Shown here piece by piece: positions 62,101-64,000 of a DNA stretch of 64,000 nucleotides. Position numbers and translations under genes: made by a program. Below the pieces are notes generated by a model, which was not told the DNA's origin, searched no databases, and was given only the letters and a program-made list of their open reading frames with translations. Every line of letters starts with the position of its first letter. Within the stretch, counting starts at the first letter, position 1. The DNA is from Octopus bimaculoides (taxonomy: Eukaryota), in contig NC_069004.1 in the NCBI RefSeq assembly GCF_001194135.2, positions 3,315,632 through 3,379,631 on the forward strand, read 5' to 3'.

Positions 62101-64000
62101 GGCAAGTATATTTTGTTATAGCCTCAGTCTGACCAAAGTCTTGTGAGCAGATTTTGATAGATGGAAACTGAATGAAGCCTGAGATTCCAGGCAGTTCATC
62201 TGGGCAAACCGACCCCCATTCAACCCTTTGTCTATTATTGATCCTCTTTGGTGACTCCTGGACTAAATCCTTCAAGGCAGTGCCCCAGCATGGCTACAGT
62301 CTAATGACAGGACCAAATAAAAGATAAAAGATAAAATAAACAGATGACAAATATATATATTTGAACTTACATCACAATCAAAGCCTTCTTCATATCGGTC
62401 CCCTCGTTCCCGAGAGGGTCGGTCTTTTCTATCTCGTCCATCACGACTTCTGCTCCGGTCTCGATCTCGGTCGAAGCCTCGGTCTCGATCACGGTCCCTG
62501 TCACGATCCCGGTCGCGTCGAGATCGGTCTACCACACGACCTCTGCGTCTGTCATGCACCCTTCTGTCAGGCTGATGAGATCTGCATAATGAAGGAAACA
62601 CATACATCACGTTAAACCAGTGGCTCCCAACCAGGGTCCATTATAAGATTTCTATGGGGTTCACACAAGCAAAATAATAAACTGGGTCTGCAGTAACATT
62701 CTTAGGCGGGGTCCATGAAAAAATTTTGCTTTAGATGTTTTTACTGCAAGATACAACAAAATCTGTTTTAACACACAATTTCACATCAAGAATTTATGAA
62801 ACCAAAATACCTAACTTAATTATTTACTTATCTTACCTGAAAAATCTTCACTTCTAAAGGCTACAGCATGTGATTTGAGGGCGATTTTGCTGATATTTCA
62901 AGCAGGGCAAGAGACTGATTCATGCAGAGGTGCTGGTGTCACATAAAAATCACTCAGTACTCTCTGTAGAATGGTTGGTGTTAAGAAGGGCATCCAGTGG
63001 TAAAAACCATACCAAAATGGACAATTGGAGCCTGGTGTAGCTCTCCCATGTGCCAGCTCTTGTTGAATCATCCAACCCATGCCAACATGGAAAACAGATG
63101 ATGATGATGATGATGATGATGTGCCCATGTCATTTATCTCTAGCAGCCTTGATTCAGCAGACATTTGACGCATGACCTTCAAGCTGTAAATACCTTTACT
63201 GGCACTCTGTCGGTGACCATGACAAGGGTTCCACTTCATTTGATCAACGGAACAGCCTGCTTGTGAAATTAACGTGCAAGTGGCCGAGCACTCCACAGAC
63301 ACGCATACCCTTAATGTAGTTCTCAGAGAGATTCAGCGTGACACAGAGTGTGACAAGGCTGGCCCCTTTCGAATTACAGGTACAACTCGTTTTTGCCAGC
63401 TGAGTGAGCTGGAACAATGTGAAATAAAGTGTCTTACTCAAGGACACAATGAGCCGCTGGGAATTGAACTCATGACCTTATGATCGAGAGCTGATTACCC
63501 TAACGCATATAAGATGAAAAAAAAGTCCCTTACCTGTCTCTGTCTCTATCCCGGAACTCTGAGTCCTTTCGGTAACCATGTCTGTCCTCGTAGTTATAGT
63601 CATCTCGGTAATCACTCTCACAGTAGCCAGTGTCGTAACCGGCGTTGCTGTTGCCGCTTGTACTAGTGGTGGTGGCGGGGTTAGTGACAGCAGGTGGCGG
63701 CGGTGGCGGCGGGCTGACGGTGTTCCCTGACGTGGGCGCACTGATGGCAGTGCTGGCAGTGGTGACGAGGTTGTTGTTGCCCGCCACGAGGCCGACGGAG
63801 ATGACAGGCGGCGGACAGCTGGTGGCGGCGCTGTAATCGCCCCGGTAGGCATCGTTGTAGTCGGTTCTGTAGCCACCTGTTGCAATGACTGCACCACCAA
63901 CACCACCGACTACACCAACAGCATTCACAGCAACCGAATTAACTGCAACCGCAGGACGATAGTTGTTGAATGTGCCAACGGTGCCGACAATGGCGGCTGG
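30291..64000 (-). CDS. RBM5: RNA-binding protein 5/10 orthologue (RRM1, RanBP2 ZnF, RRM2, OCRE, C2H2 ZnF, G-patch); 5' end lies beyond the window
   Basis: Exons, 5'->3': >64000-63534, 62581-62371 (RD/RS-rich), [exon likely in gap 61138-61789], 60101-60035 ([11 protein letters not shown]), [RNP1 exon not found, probably in a gap], 48716-48615 (MHYS..DWVCTK), 48489-48429 ([15 protein letters not shown]), 48049-47990, 47124-46860 ([20 protein letters not shown]2), 45967-45919, 44409-44256, 43331-43240, 40373-40049, 38903-38812 and 38451-38275 (OCRE: [20 protein letters not shown]), 37576-37409 (DMEKWAK), 36516-36463, 35740-35459 ([24 protein letters not shown]), 34474-34409, 33670-into gap ([13 protein letters not shown]), 31961-31835 (G-patch, [19 protein letters not shown]), 30416-30291 (stop TGA). 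Probably the single invertebrate co-orthologue of RBM5/RBM10/RBM6. Confidence 0.96.
39617..39840 (+). mobile_element. internally deleted mariner (MITE)
   Basis: TIRs TGAGGGGGTGTTGAAAAGTTCCTGG / CCAGGAACTTGTCACCCGCCCCCCTCG. The interior encodes the mariner C-terminus [19 protein letters not shown]. Confidence 0.8.
42869..43102. mobile_element. hAT/Charlie-type MITE
   Basis: Termini CAGAGATACTCAAC / GTTAAGAATCACTG; degenerate TSD AGCTAAAG / GGCTAAAA. Confidence 0.6.
45321..45705. mobile_element. mariner-derived foldback MITE
   Basis: About 100-bp inverted arms. The plus strand carries the transposase start [18 protein letters not shown]. The minus strand carries [25 protein letters not shown], the WVPHEL-region equivalent of mariner transposases. 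Confidence 0.75.
46420..46790 (-). mobile_element. tRNA-derived SINE, family 1, near-complete copy
   Basis: Reverse complement of the 10001 copy including head, (CA)n/(TA)n insert and tail. Confidence 0.8.
50284..50640 (+). mobile_element. Helentron/DINE-1-like non-autonomous element
   Basis: 5' ATTACCTCTGCTTTAGCAAAGG, internal (GTTT)n/GTCC microsatellite, 3' CCTTGGCAGAGGT (inverted match to the 5' end) then CGCTCTCTGAGTGCT. A short 5' fragment also occurs at about 38500-38525. Confidence 0.6.
52961..53050 (-). ncRNA. possible intronic box C/D snoRNA-like element
   Basis: Host-strand TTGG-CC-ATGATGA ... 69 nt ... CTGA-CCAG: C box, D box and a 4-bp terminal stem with k-turn spacing. No clear C'/D' boxes and no target recognised. 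Confidence 0.25.
57650..57871. mobile_element. piggyBac-type MITE (TTAA TSD)
   Basis: Perfect 12-bp TIR CCCTTTAGTGTT / AACACTAAAGGG with TTAA on both sides. Confidence 0.85.

Noticed and set aside
63478-63906. Overlapping alternative-frame and antisense ORFs in the RBM5/10 5' exon
   Set aside because: Expected in GC-rich low-complexity coding sequence. Only the frame ending at the 63534 donor joins the next exon.
1-64000. CRISPR arrays, rRNA genes, prokaryotic operons
   Set aside because: None seen. The sequence is eukaryotic with spliceosomal introns, and the only spaced repeat (24457-24536) has just two units inside a retroelement.

Overview
AT-rich, microsatellite-dense animal genomic DNA with about 18 N-gaps. 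The repeat landscape and intron style suggest a coleoid cephalopod, probably Octopus (inference from recognised repeat families, no database search). Two multi-exon protein-coding genes lie in tandem on the minus strand, both reconstructed by hand with GT-AG introns and consistent phases. One is an RBM5/RBM10 orthologue (30291 to beyond 64000). The other is SNAPC4, the Myb-repeat subunit of SNAPc (902-21716); several exons of each fall in gaps. Between them is an intact selenocysteine tRNA gene (22887-22973, minus) with TATA box, candidate PSE and a hairpin+T4 terminator. It ends about 1.2 kb upstream of the SNAPC4 start codon, so a SNAPc-dependent gene sits next to the gene for SNAPc's core subunit. 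The rest is SINEs, MITEs (piggyBac-, hAT-, mariner-, Helentron-like), a 380-bp foldback, a CRE-clade retrotransposon fragment and an R4/Dong fragment in a (TAA)n tract. Several candidate poison exons or microexons occur in RBM5/10 introns. Most ORFs in the supplied track are artefacts of gaps or microsatellites.
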